The position numbers and the translations under genes are program-made. The notes beneath the pieces are model-generated. The model was given only the letters and a program-made list of their open reading frames with translations. It did not search any database and was not told the DNA's origin. A stretch of 62,965 nucleotides of DNA, counting the filler. It is 8 parts of 8 records of this genome, joined end to end, with 100 filler letters (N's around TTAATTAATTAA, not from the genome) between each part and the next. Parts side by side here need not be neighbours in the genome. Positions count along the whole stretch, not along the records: positions 12,815 to 17,370 come from SRR7504441_1412; positions 17,471 to 20,965 come from SRR7504441_1421; positions 21,066 to 28,867 come from SRR7504441_1433; 5 more parts are not named here. One strand, given 5' to 3'. Position 1 is the first letter of the stretch, and the number at the start of each line of letters is the position of its first letter. Positions 13,079 through 24,595 of the stretch are shown piece after piece.

Positions 13079-13755
13079 ATGGCTGTCTTCGCGACTCTGT
13101 TCAGCCCCCGCTCCGACAGCATCATGCACGACTCGACCCCCGACTCCGAGCGGTGGAGCACTCCCGGCCAGAGCCCTGCAGCTTACCTGGACGCCCCGGC
13201 GCACGATTCATCTGAAGAGCCGTCGGCGAGCTCTGCTGGGGTCACAGCTCAGGAGTTTGCGTCGCAGGTCAATAGTGTGTTCGTGGACAGCCTCAGGCTG
13301 AATTATGGCAGCCTGCCTCGGCGGCCCGTGGAGTTGGGGGCCGATGCCGATAGACCAACTGCAGCACTGGGACGGGCCGATAGGCCAGCCGCAGTGACGG
13401 AGCAGGCCAGCAGACCGCCCGCAGTGACGGAGCAGGCCAATAGGTCGGCCGCAGTGATGGAGCAGCCGGATCTCTCTCATACGGCGAGAAGTGTCAGCCC
13501 CGATGCCGCGAGTTACCCCATGCCCCCCACCCCCCACACTCCGAGCTTCCAGAGCCTGCCCACCACGCCCAAAGACGGCCCGAAAGCGATACAGCCCTCG
13601 CCGACATCGCCGCAAAAGGACGACGATGAGAAGGTAGCCGTGCGCGGAGAGGGTTGACTGAGTTTGAGCAGGTCCGATCCTCACGGGCAGGTTCACGATC
13701 TGTGATTACTATTCAAGAAAAGGAGAATGAATGTTGCGCGTGTGTTTTACAATGA
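13079..13755 (+). CDS. Small disordered protein with internal 10-aa repeats and a C-terminal CAAX box (…ECCACVLQ*)
   Basis: ORF 13079-13633, GT-AG intron ~13634-13671, last exon ending CVLQ-stop. Confidence 0.6.
13346..13465 (+). repeat. Coding 30-bp tandem repeat (~4 copies, ADRPAAVTEQ-like)
   Basis: GCCGATAGGCCAGCCGCAGTGACGGAGCAG / GCCAGCAGACCGCCCGCAGTGACGGAGCAG / GCCAATAGGTCGGCCGCAGTGATGGAGCAG. Confidence 0.85.
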
Positions 13756-14179
13756 TTCAAATGAGCTCGAACTCACATGCAATCCTCCCATTATATACGT
13801 AGGCTGCTATAAGCCCCATTAGACCTGACTAAAACAAACTCTTCAATGGGTGTTCGTCTCAGCTTTTAACACAATAGGTCTACTCCGAATTCAGAAGATT
13901 CAACCATGATTGTCAATCGATTGATATAATTATATTGAGTTTCATCCTGGGCATCGCAGCAAAATCACCCTCTTGATTTGATTTTACTTGCTACGGGGGA
14001 CCTGAGATCGAACCGATTTAATATTGATGGAACAAATGCTTACGTAATTAATACGAACTCGTATATGCTCTTCAAGACGTCAAGAGTAAAACTTGTGCTT
14101 GCAAGTGTTCTTCAAAATGTCACCTTTTCACGTTCATGGGAACCTTGCAGTTACTTTGCAATTGCGTAAACAAGGTGTA

Positions 14180-17100
14180 TCATGATAGTGCTATTTGCTC
14201 AAGGTTTTCAAGCACAGGTTTAAGATCCGACAGCTCGCCTTCCCACCGTGTATCAAGTAGTATAGTTTGGACCTCCTCGCACGTATCTTCGTCCCACAGC
14301 TCATCCTGTACGAGCAGCGCATTATAGAATGCATCAGCGGTGGAGGACCGCACCCGTGGGAATTCATGACTAAGCCCGAACCGTACTACAGCTTCAACGC
14401 ACTGCCTAGCCATACTGCTGAGGCCTTCCTCACTATCACTGTCCTCATCCATGACGAGCATCGATGCTGTGGATGCCATCGCGGCCACCAGTATTCGGAT
14501 ATCTCCCGAGTGCGCTTTGCACGCAGCTTGGAGCTGCTGCACTCCAAAGCTTAATATCTCCTCGTCCCCACTGAGCCCATCAAACATATCTGCCCCGAGC
14601 ATTGATTGCAACGCCCGCACCAGAGTGCCGCACTGCGATGGCTTGCTCATCTTGTCCTCGATCAGCTTCATTAGAGCTGTAATGACCGCTAATTGTGCAT
14701 CTGGCCGGCTCGAGAGGTATCCACACAATGCATTTATAGCGGCCTCAGATGTGTATTTTCCAGGTGCACCAATGGAGTCACAGAGTCCTAGAACTAGAGG
14801 TTTGCACAGCATGTCTACCGAGGTGAGGGTCACAAGACGGTCGAAGCAGCAGGGTGCCGCTGCTCCAACAATTGCCTCAGTGCAGCTGGCGGATAGCTCT
14901 TCTAAGTGAGGAAGGTGAGCCAGCTTTGTGGAGACAAATCCATGGAGAGTCTCACATGCGACCAATCTCACCTTATCCAGATGTTCAGTGGCGAGGCGGA
15001 GCGCAGCACACAGCAGCCGCGAGGCCATTGATGCATTCCAGAGCTCTGCAGCATGCACTGACACCTGGGCTGACAGGTCACGGAGTGCAACGAGGGCCGC
15101 TGCCCGTACCCACGAGCCTACCTGCCCACGGTTGTCCTTGGAATAATCCCCCAGCGCTATAACAAGCTTTGAAAACACGCCCTTCCATGTCTCCTCATTG
15201 AGTATACCCTCATGTAAAGAGTAAAGCGAAAGCTGATGAAGTGCCTTCACTGCATTGCGGCGAACCTCGGGAGCTTTATCTCCTTTCACTGTGGCCAGCT
15301 GTAGTGCGGCATTCTGCACCGGAAGGTGCCACCGCCTGGCATAGAGATGGCCTGTCAGTCCCCCCAGAGCTAGAATGAACCCAGCTCGCTGGGTAGCGTT
15401 GTGTGGGCTCTTGTCTGCTAGTTTGACTTCGATGATCTTCTCGAGTTGTTGGTCCACGTGCGACTGAAATTCTGGCGCTGGATCGTCCAGCACAGCACTG
15501 ATTGCAGAGGCCAGTGTTTCATGCAATGTCTCAACCCCAAGGTCCAAAGCTTCAAGCAGTTGACCAAGAATCGCCTGCTTGAGCTCATTCTGCAGCAGTG
15601 AACTAGCCAGAGGCACACCATCGTCACCTTTGATAGAGAAAAGAGCTTGAGCTACTTGGCTGCAGGCAGCCCGAGTGGCCTCACCCCCTGAACCACGCAC
15701 CAGCTTTTTCTTGTGTATCATTAGCAGAGCGGATCCTGACGATTCCAGAACTTGGGCCATGTGCTCGATTGCCAGCGGTTGATCAACCCACTGTCTGAGC
15801 AGCGTGGCGAGGGCAAGCAGCGAGCCGTGGCGCAGATGAAAGCTTTGAACCGTGGCATTCTTGAGTAATGTAGGCACTGCAATCTCAAGCGTAAATTTGT
15901 CATCAAGCTGACAGAGCTTGGCAAGCGCGTCAGCTGTGAGGCTCCGAATGGCCTCATCCCAGTGAGAGACCTTCACATCAAGCAGATGATCTAGTAGCGC
16001 TTTCTGATACTCTGCGAATTGAGCGATAGCGAGCGCGATTGTGGTGTAAGATGCAACACGATTCCCGAGCGAAAAGAAGTCAGCAGTGGTGACAATCTCA
16101 ATCCCGTGTGGGAAGGAGCCTTGTCTGCCCACATTCTCTTGGAATGCAGCTGACGCGGCTCTCCGACAGTTGACTTCTCGATCAAATAGCGACAGGGTAA
16201 CTAGTGAAGTGGCCAGGGTTTGCACATGTGGCTTCATCACCTGAGGGGTGTAAGCCCGTGCAAAGGCCCAGCACACATAGCATGCTGCATCACGGACATG
16301 CGCTCCCACCGAATGTGCACCCCTACGCTGATCGAATCCCAGCGCGCTCTGCACGCGCGGCACCACGTGCTCGAGCCGCTCCGGCAGCAGCAGCCCTCGC
16401 CTTGCCAGCTCGCCCAGAGCGAGGCAGGCGCCGTGCCAGAACTGGTCGTTGGTCCTCTGGGTCTGGAACATCTCGAGCAGCGCTCCAATCACTTCGTCCG
16501 CTTCACTTTTGGGCAGCCTTCCGCACACCCGGCCGAGCCCCTTGGCAGCACTCCAGCGACAAACAGTGTCTTTATCAGCAATAGCACCCAACAGCAGCTC
16601 GATCGCCTCAGCCACCTATCCAACCAGCCACCTCAGCACAAATGTCAGGCATCAGAAGCGCACCTCCTCGCCATATTCAAGCTCCTCTTCGTCCTCGTCC
16701 TCGTCCTGGTCACCTTCATTGCAACCTTGTGACGCCGGTTGCTCAACGTTCAGATTAAGCGCCAACGATCGCTGCCCGCGCTGATACCTCCAGCTGGCCA
16801 CCCGAGGGGGCAGGAATGTCAGCGCGGCGCGTTGGGCGAGTTTGACCCCGTAGAGCCGTCGCTGGGTGGAGGGCGACGACTGGGTGACTGAGGTGGCTAC
16901 ATTGAGCACCCGAGTAGAGAAAGGCAGCAGCTCGTTCCTGGTGGCCGTCTTGAAAACCCCATCGAGTGCCGACAGCACCCCGACCACCTTGGCGTCGTCG
17001 AGCTCGGACACCCCGCCGGCCACTGTCTCGAGGGTCCATTCGATCCAGCCTGGCAGCTGGACCGGGCAGACCTCGCGCCGGGCTAGCAGCTTCTGGATCA

Positions 17101-17370
17101 GGATGCTCGCGGCCTGCTGGTCGCACCCCGGGCTGACCAGCGCCTGCTTGCACAGCTGGATTACCCGCTCGACCAGGGTGTGCTCGCTGTCGGCCAGCTG
17201 CGAGTCCACGGTGGCCAGGTCGAACGGAATCATCACGATGATGGCCAGCCAGATCATCAGCACGTACCGGGTCTCCCAGCCGTGGCTGCACGCCTGCATC
17301 TCGGCCCGGAGCACCCGCTCCACCGGCTCCAGGTCGCTCACCTGCCCCGTCGGTCCGCGCCAGCCAGCGC
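14180..17370 (-). CDS. TBCD: Tubulin-specific chaperone D, 5' truncated
   Basis: WETRYVLMIWL...MIPFDL, DTVCRWSAAKGLGR, WHGACLALGELARRGLL, VRDAACYVCWAFARAY, FDREVNCRRAASAAFQENVGRQG; intron 16616-16663. Confidence 0.95.
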
Positions 17371-17470
17371 NNNNNNNNNNNNNNNNNNNNNNNNNNNNNN
17401 NNNNNNNNNNNNNNTTAATTAATTAANNNNNNNNNNNNNNNNNNNNNNNNNNNNNNNNNNNNNNNNNNNN
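17371..17470. other. Artificial contig linker
   Basis: N-TTAATTAATTAA-N. Confidence 0.98.
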
Positions 17471-17497
17471 ACGGAGCTCAAGACACAAGCTAATCCA

Positions 17498-20400
17498 ATG
17501 GGCAAGAATGCGATTGACAGCCTGCGCGAATGCTTCGCGGCGGAAGATGAGACACTCGCGGCGATTGCTAGCAGACTCGGAGTCGAGCCCACAGTCCTGC
17601 TCGAAATTAACCAACCCCGATATCCGGGGCTCACAGAGCACTCCAAGCTGATTGCTGGCACCTCGATTGTGTACCCCTCCAAATGCCAGAACCAGGCACC
17701 TTGTGAGCAGAGCTTATCACAGAGTCCGCTGTCAAATAAGCTCATCTGCCTCACAGACCACAATGTTCAAGGTTATATTGGGGTTGACGTGTGGGGGAGC
17801 TTCGACGTGTGCTGGTATCTGGGCCAGATCTTGAAGTACGATCGGCATGATGGCACAATCACAGTCCGATTTTATGAAGACGACGAAGAGGAGGAATACA
17901 CCATCGCACAAGCAGCAAGGGATCTGCGGCTTGTGAATCAGAACGGCTTCAAATTAGTAGTGCATGCAGCCAACGACAATGATACTCTTCGCACCATCAG
18001 CGCGAAGCTGTCTTCGAACGCAGATGAGATGATGAGGCTCAATAGGCGCCGGTACCAGTTCTTGACATTAGACGCCAAGCTGGAAGAGGGCACCAGCTTA
18101 CTCGTTCCTGTGTATGGAGACAAGGGCCATGCTCAGCTGCTGTCTCCTCCACATGCTGCTGAGCAGCAGCGAATCCCGGCTCCTTACCCACGGCTTGCAG
18201 GCATGACATGGGATGGCATCTTAGGTGCGCTGCTTGCTTTCCCTGCTATAGCTTTGTTGAGCATTGTTTTGTCAGGAGAGTGGCTGGAGAATCCTGACAA
18301 CTCAGAACAACCTGTGGCGCAGAGCTCGTTTCCACAGCGTGAATGCGGTCTTGTAACTCAAGAGATCGGCCAACCTGCTTGGTTGGCCAGGCAGAAGGCG
18401 ATATGGCGTGCAGCCTGGAGTGGCTTGCCTACACCTGCGTTGTTCTCTGAACCAGGCAAATGCACTGGTTGCGGACACCGGTCTCCTGCAAGCGCGTTTG
18501 TTTGTGAAGCATGTGGCGAGCTCCTGATGGTGGGCACGCGGACGCTGATGAAGCGGCGTCTGCCTCGCGCAGAAACCCCCTCAAGCCAACATGAACCGTC
18601 ACAAGCGCGAAAACGGCAACGCACGGTCGCTCCTTACTTATCAAAAGTGAGAAGCAACAATGACAAAATCAAGGCTGAAAGAGACGCTATGCGGAAGAAT
18701 TTTGTTTGCTTTATTCAAAAACACAGAGCTGTGTTAGAACCGTTTCGAGCAACCATCCCCGACGGCTTGGCCGATGGGGAACTGCCAGTGCAGCGGAAAG
18801 TGGCGCAGCCCTCTCAGATGAAAATGGTGTTGCGCGAGCATCAAATAGAAGGTTTGTCGTGGCTAGTCCACATGTATGAAAATGGCGCCTCGTGTATCCT
18901 CGCAGACGAGATGGGCTTGGGCAAGACAGTCCAGACTATTGCGTTTTTAGCGCATCTTCGGTTTGTTCGGGGTGTGTCTGGTCCGCATCTGGTTGTTGCG
19001 CCACTCTCTGTCTTGTCCACTTGGGTATTAGAGTTTCAACGGGCGTGTCCGGAGCTGACTGTAGTCAAGATGCACTCATCAGATGCAAAGGAGCGCGAGG
19101 AGCTCAGGCGGCGTGTTCTCGAATCTGTTACTGAGGTAGATGTAGTAGCTACTACTTATGACACAGTTGCATCGCCGACGATGCAAACGCTCTTCAGAAA
19201 CACCTGGTGGCGGTATGTTGTGCTCGACGAAGCGCACACCGTAAAAAACGAGAACAGCGCAAAGGCTAAAGCTGTGCGCGGTCTGCACTTCCAATCGTCG
19301 CTGCTTCTGACAGGCAGCTTTGCTAAATCTGACAGGATTCTTACAGTTGTGTGCAGGCACGCCTGTCCAGAATAATCTGCATGAGGTTTATGCTTTGCTC
19401 AACTTCTTGTACCCAACTGTGTTTGTGGATTCATCTGCGTTCGACGAGGGCTTCGACTTAAGGCTTACGCGACACGTAGATGAAAAGGTGCTGGCCGAAG
19501 CAAATCAGCTACTGCAGCCATTCATGCTCCGCCGGCTCAAAGAGGATGTAGAAAAGAAGCTCCCTCCAAAGCTCGAGACTAAAATATTTTGTCATCTGAC
19601 TGAGATGCAGGTGCTTCCCTGCTATGCTTTGCGTTGCCATTAACACCATGTTGTGCTGCAGCGCTTCTGGTACATGCGACTTTTATTAAAGGACAGCGCC
19701 TCTTTAGCACAGCTAGAGGATGACGCTGAGGCGGAGCTGGGGATGTCAAAGAGCACTGGCTGGCGTAAATTACAGGCGCTCATGGTTCAGCTCAGAAAAT
19801 GCTGTCTGCATCCATATCTCTTTGACGAGGCGGACTACAATCCGGGCTGCATCGACGAGGATCTGATCTACAATTGTGGCAAGCTTCAGATCTTGGATGC
19901 ACTTCTTAGAAGGCTTAAGGCGAAGGGACACCGAGTCGTCTTGTTTAGTCAGATGACTAAGATGCTTGACATATTGGAGGACTTCTTGAATCTGAGGAAC
20001 TATGCATACTGTCGCCTTGATGGAAGCAAGTCACGAGTACATCGCACAGTCGAAATCAATTCGTTTAATGATGAAGGCAGTCAATTGTTTTGTTTCTTGA
20101 TGACGACGAGATCTGGAGGGTTGGGCATCAACCTCCAGACTGCTGACACCGTGATCCTGTACGATAGTGATTGGAATCCTCAGCCAGACCTGCAAGCAAT
20201 GGCGAGAGTACACCGAATCGGCCAGACAAAAGTTGTTCACGTCTATCGACTTGTCACACGGGGTACCATTGAGGAGAAGATTGTGGACCACGCAGATAAC
20301 AAGCTGTACCTTGATAAAATGGTCAACAGTAAGCAAGTCACCGATGAGGCCACTGAAGATGACGAGGCCTCCACCAAAGATATGCTCAATGCGCTAAGCT

Positions 20401-20965
20401 TCGGTGCGCAAGCAGTAGCAGGCCTTGACAGCACCACCGATCCACCGACTGATGACGAGTTGGATGCAATAATCAATAGAAATCGGACGAGCAATGAGTC
20501 GATCGGTGATCGACTAGTAGGTGGTACTGAAAACAAGGCTGGAAACTTTGAGGTGTCTGAGGCTAAAGTATCGATCAGGCAGCTAAACGGCAAAATTTAT
20601 GGGCTGGGAGACAGCAAAAAGAGCTGGCCGACCAATGTCGTCGATATCGCAAAGGAATGGGATCTACTCTCACAGGACCGGGTGCGCAAGCGCAAAGCGC
20701 GCACTGAAACCGTGCACGTGGCTGGTGTTGGTGCTGTCAATGTCCTGAAGGATGCAAAAGCTGCAAGAATCGATGGCGATGTGCGAGAGCGACAAAGTGC
20801 GAGGCAGGTAGCAGGGAGGGACTACGAGCACAGCAAAACCTGCCAGTGCTGCTGGAAGGAGGGGGATATGATGATTAAGTGCACGCAGTGTCCAGCTGCA
20901 TTCCATGCGGAGTGTCTAGGTCTCGACAGCGGAAAAGGGCTGAGTCCACTCTGGCGCTGTAGTCA
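17498..20965 (+). CDS. SNF2-family (ISWI/CHD-like) ATPase with N-terminal LysM-like/Tudor-like/LysM-like and Zn-ribbon modules and a C-terminal PHD; truncated at the contig end(s)
   Basis: ILADEMGLGKT, VLDEAH, LTG|TPVQNN, VVLFSQMTKMLDILED, GGLGINLQTADTV, DSDWNPQ, ARVHRIGQ; PHD CQCC...CTQCPAAFHAEC. Introns 18225-18275, 19314-19356 (GC-AG), 19611-19661. Confidence 0.92.
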
Positions 20966-21065
20966 NNNNNNNNNNNNNNNNNNNNNNNNNNNNNNNNNNN
21001 NNNNNNNNNTTAATTAATTAANNNNNNNNNNNNNNNNNNNNNNNNNNNNNNNNNNNNNNNNNNNN
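20966..21065. other. Artificial contig linker
   Basis: N-TTAATTAATTAA-N. Confidence 0.98.
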
Positions 21066-21429
21066 CGAGCCGCGGCAATGTCGGGCAACAAGGACCGCCC
21101 GCTTCCCGCTGCCAGGCCCGAGTTGCCGTTGAGTGAATAAATTAAAGTCCGGTCAACACACTGATTCCGTTTCTAACAGGTTTTTTGCGTTCACGGCGTC
21201 GTTGAGCAAGGATCGACCGAGGTCACCAAGTGACGCAACAACACCATGGACGTCGTGGCCGAGCACAAAGGGTATCAGACCACCGTCGGCGATGAAGAGC
21301 AGACATTCAGCGTGACCTCGATCGGGGAGCGGCGGCCAAGAGACGCCGCCTTCCTGTGGAAGATCTCCACCCTCGTTATGAGCGTGGTGCGTGCCCGTCC
21401 TGGTGGCTTCTCCCTCCTGAATCTCGAGG

Positions 21430-22128
21430 GAATACAGGTAGCTGTCGTGGCAGTGATTGTGGATATGAGTTCCTAGACTTCACAACCCCAGTCGATTCTC
21501 ACAGTGTGACAAAATCTACAACAGTTAAACTCCAGGGCAACAACGCGCAACTTCGTGCCACGGCTAGACGGGTGGGCAACGACGACGATAATCCTACGGA
21601 CCCACTGGACATGACGCAGGTCCAGAAAGATTCAGCCATCTGGATAACGTACAAGGGAAGGAATACCTGGGGCATGACGTTTGGCGAGAAGGGAAATGCT
21701 AAATGAAAGCAGGCCGCAACCTCTTGTTTGCGGGCAGAGCTCAAGGCGATTGTCCTCCTGGCCCTGTGCCATTCCCTCCAGGAAACTGCGATCTCCAAAC
21801 TGCTGGAATTGAGGGCGTGATCCAAGGCGGCGGCAGGGTCTGTTGCCAAGACAAGTGTGGAGGGGCTGCCTACGGGGGCCCTGACAGGTTCTGGAAAGCG
21901 CCTTATGCCTGTGGTGGGCCGAATTGCGACAAAGGTGCAGACGGCAAAAGGGACAACTTCAGGTATCAAAACTGTTGCGTGGGCAAGCCTGTTTCGGGCG
22001 GCACAGACAAAGCCACAATCACTGCCCCATACGGGATTGTCAGCCAGAAACGATTCTGTTCTTGGGGGGAAGGAAAAGGCGGGCTCGGCACAGATGCTCC
22101 TCCATGCATCAACAAGTTGACCAAGTAA
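21430..22128 (+). pseudogene. Frameshifted fragment of a Cys-rich extracellular-type protein
   Basis: Coding-like frame ...NPTDPLDMTQVQKDSAIWITY...GNAK* continues as MKAGRNLLFAG...CCQDKCGG...CC...PPCI after a one-base shift at AAATGAAA (~21701); no clear start. Confidence 0.45.
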
Positions 22129-22291
22129 GCGTTTAATCAGCAACCTCTGAGCTGTTATTGCAGGGTCTAGTTTACGCAACAGTAACGCAACAACCACACT
22201 GTTACAGCCAATGCAGTGATGATGCCATACGGAATTGAGAAGTAATCGTCCATTACCGTGTAGACTAAGTAATTTCATTGACAAGTAGTTA

Positions 22292-24427
22292 TCACATTGA
22301 ATTTAAGCCTATACTGAGAGATTTGGAGTTGGGTTTACGCATTCGCGCATACACTGACTTCCACCACGAGCACTGCTCTCTCCTGAAGCCACGCAGCACA
22401 CTCAAGTTCCCAAACTTCAAGTTCAACCTGGCGCCGCTCTGCGAGTCGTGCACTGGCCATCCAATCTCCGCTGGCACCGTGCCGTTGCCTGCGGCAGCCT
22501 GCGTCACCAGTAGCCTGATAGCGGCGTCGGAGAATGCCCGCTCACCACCCGATGTGCTGTTCCAAGTACAGGACCAGGCTGCAGCCCCGTCCGGCGGCCT
22601 GATCCACGGCCAGAATCCAGACACAGTACCAAACAGCCAGGATAGCTCCATCGTATGAAAGCAAGAACCCGACAGCTTCCCACGCCAGGAGGCCGGTGGA
22701 CAGGCCTGCACGGCATCAAATCTCCAGGCATACACCGTCGGCGGGCGCACTTCAGCCCTGGCCGACCCCGAGCGAATCGCGTCGGCCAGTACGTCCTCGG
22801 AACACAGCATATTTAGGTCCTGCCAGAAATCCTCGTAAACACGGCAGCAGCGCGGCTGTGAGCTGGTCGTATTCCCGGCCGCTGAGCAAGCAGGCTGGCC
22901 GTCCTGGCGGGGGGCCAGATACACTGCAGGCGCCTCTGCAGCAACGAATGGGGGCGGCTGCAAGTTGTTGTGGCTGAACGCTCGCTCAAGCGCCGGGACA
23001 GTCTGGTCTAAGCTAAGTGTCGGATTGTTCATGCAGCTGTCCTGCATCTCCACGCTCTCGCCTGAATTGTGCCCGATCAAAAGCTTGACTGTGCGATCAA
23101 ACTCGCCGTGGGCATACGACTCAAACGGAAGCTTTGGCAAGAGCAGGCTGCCGTAGTAAGGCCGTGCCGACCCGCCACCCAGAAGCTTGCTGGCAGGGAC
23201 TCTCCGCAGGCAGGTGCGGATAGCGTCGTCGTTGCCACCTGTGCAGTTGAGCTTGGTCGCCAGCTGAATCGCGAGGGTTTCCGCTGCCTGCTTGGAGGGC
23301 AGCACAGCGCAGTCTGGGTTCAAGAATGGCTGGGCGCATGCAGAGTCCACGGCCACAGCCTTGACAAGGCCGTTGAATGGCTTCATAACTGGTATCCACA
23401 GCGCGTGATTGGCCCCGCTGGACTGTCCCCAGAACAGCACTCTGTCCGGGTCGCCACCAAAGAGCCTAACATTCGCACGTACCCACCGCAGCGCGGCCAA
23501 GTGGTCAAGCAGCCCGAAATTGCCCTGGCTTCCGTTGGCCTCGGTGCCAAAGGCCGGGTGTGCCAGGTAGCCCAGGTTTGCGAGTCTGTAGTTTATTGTG
23601 ACCGAGATGTGTGCGGCCGATTGGAGCGCATTGCTCCCATTGAAGAGCAGCGGCCTACCCATAGACGACGAGCCGTCCCCGTCGCCGCCACCGTGCCCGA
23701 ACACAAGCACCGGCAGTTGGGATCCCGGGGAAGCGGTCCGTGGGGCGTACAAGTTGAGCACGAGGCAGCTCTCGTCAAACCTCTGGGCCGAGCCGTCGGG
23801 GTTGAGCCCAACCGGCATCCCGTTGTCGGTGTTTGGAGCAAGTTGCCAGTCCTGGTGGCACATCGGGCCGAATTTGGAGTGCGCATCCACCGTCACCGGC
23901 CGTTCGGCCGGCGCGATCGGCTGCGGTGGGAACCACCGCAGCCCGCCCACCGGCGGCTGGGCGTAAGGAATCCCCAGGTATTCCTGCGAGCGCTCCCTAA
24001 ACCGCCCGATGTACCGTCGATTCCCAATCACCACTGACGGGCCCTCCGGTGCGGCGTCAGCCAGCCCGTGCAGTGTGATCCTGTCGCTGGCGTGCTGTAG
24101 CCGCACCGCCGTCCGCCCGCCCCCGTCCTCAAAGAAGCTGCCGACCCACCGCTGGCCGTGCACCACCGTAGACAACTGCGGGGGCGAGCCAAACCCGCAA
24201 ACCAGCCGCTCCGGGGGCGGGAGCTTCGGCGTGTGCCCCCAGGCCAGCCCGAGCGTGCTGTTCTCAAATTCTGTGATGGCCGCGTGCAGCGCCAGGCTCC
24301 GACCGTCTCGCACCAGCGCGCCCGAGTAACGTGCCACCAGCGTGCCGAACCAGCCGGCCCAGCACGGCCCACCCGTCGCCAGGCTGGTGCCGAGCAGCAC
24401 CAGGACACTCAGCTGTTTGAGCGGCAT
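22292..24427 (-). CDS. Secreted type-B carboxylesterase/lipase (cholinesterase-like), intronless
   Basis: Signal peptide MPLKQLSVLVLLG; YLGIPYAQPPVGGLRW, ESCLVLNLYAP, HGGG, NYRL, GNFGLLD, FGGDPDRV, WGQSSG nucleophile, CFHTMEL His. Confidence 0.92.
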   Translation of the reverse strand: MPLKQLSVLVLLGTSLATGGPCWAGWFGTLVARYSGALVRDGRSLALHAAITEFENSTLGLAWGHTPKLPPPERLVCGFGSPPQLSTVVHGQRWVGSFFEDGGGRTAVRLQHASDRITLHGLADAAPEGPSVVIGNRRYIGRFRERSQEYLGIPYAQPPVGGLRWFPPQPIAPAERPVTVDAHSKFGPMCHQDWQLAPNTDNGMPVGLNPDGSAQRFDESCLVLNLYAPRTASPGSQLPVLVFGHGGGDGDGSSSMGRPLLFNGSNALQSAAHISVTINYRLANLGYLAHPAFGTEANGSQGNFGLLDHLAALRWVRANVRLFGGDPDRVLFWGQSSGANHALWIPVMKPFNGLVKAVAVDSACAQPFLNPDCAVLPSKQAAETLAIQLATKLNCTGGNDDAIRTCLRRVPASKLLGGGSARPYYGSLLLPKLPFESYAHGEFDRTVKLLIGHNSGESVEMQDSCMNNPTLSLDQTVPALERAFSHNNLQPPPFVAAEAPAVYLAPRQDGQPACSAAGNTTSSQPRCCRVYEDFWQDLNMLCSEDVLADAIRSGSARAEVRPPTVYAWRFDAVQACPPASWRGKLSGSCFHTMELSWLFGTVSGFWPWIRPPDGAAAWSCTWNSTSGGERAFSDAAIRLLVTQAAAGNGTVPAEIGWPVHDSQSGARLNLKFGNLSVLRGFRREQCSWWKSVYARMRKPNSKSLSIGLNSM

Positions 24428-24595
24428 GGTGTGAGGCAGTCGCGTCCGTTGGGCATCTCGGAGCTTCGGCCGACCGGCATCAACTACCCTCGCCCTCTGC
24501 CGCTCCTTGGAGGCGCAGCACGGGCTTGAGTTCGAGTGCTGGCGGGTGATCCGCCACTGAGCTTCGCCGAGCATTCAGAGCACCGCCTAGCTCGA

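Noticed and set aside
16616-16663. TBCD intron contains GAGGTGGCTG, identical to the spliced junction (possible duplication-born intron)
   Set aside because: A 10-nt match is too short to distinguish from chance among ~80 introns.
18225-18275. Apparent transmembrane helix (GALLAFPAIALLSIVLSG) in the SNF2 ORF
   Set aside because: Read-through of an in-frame 51-nt GT-AG intron.
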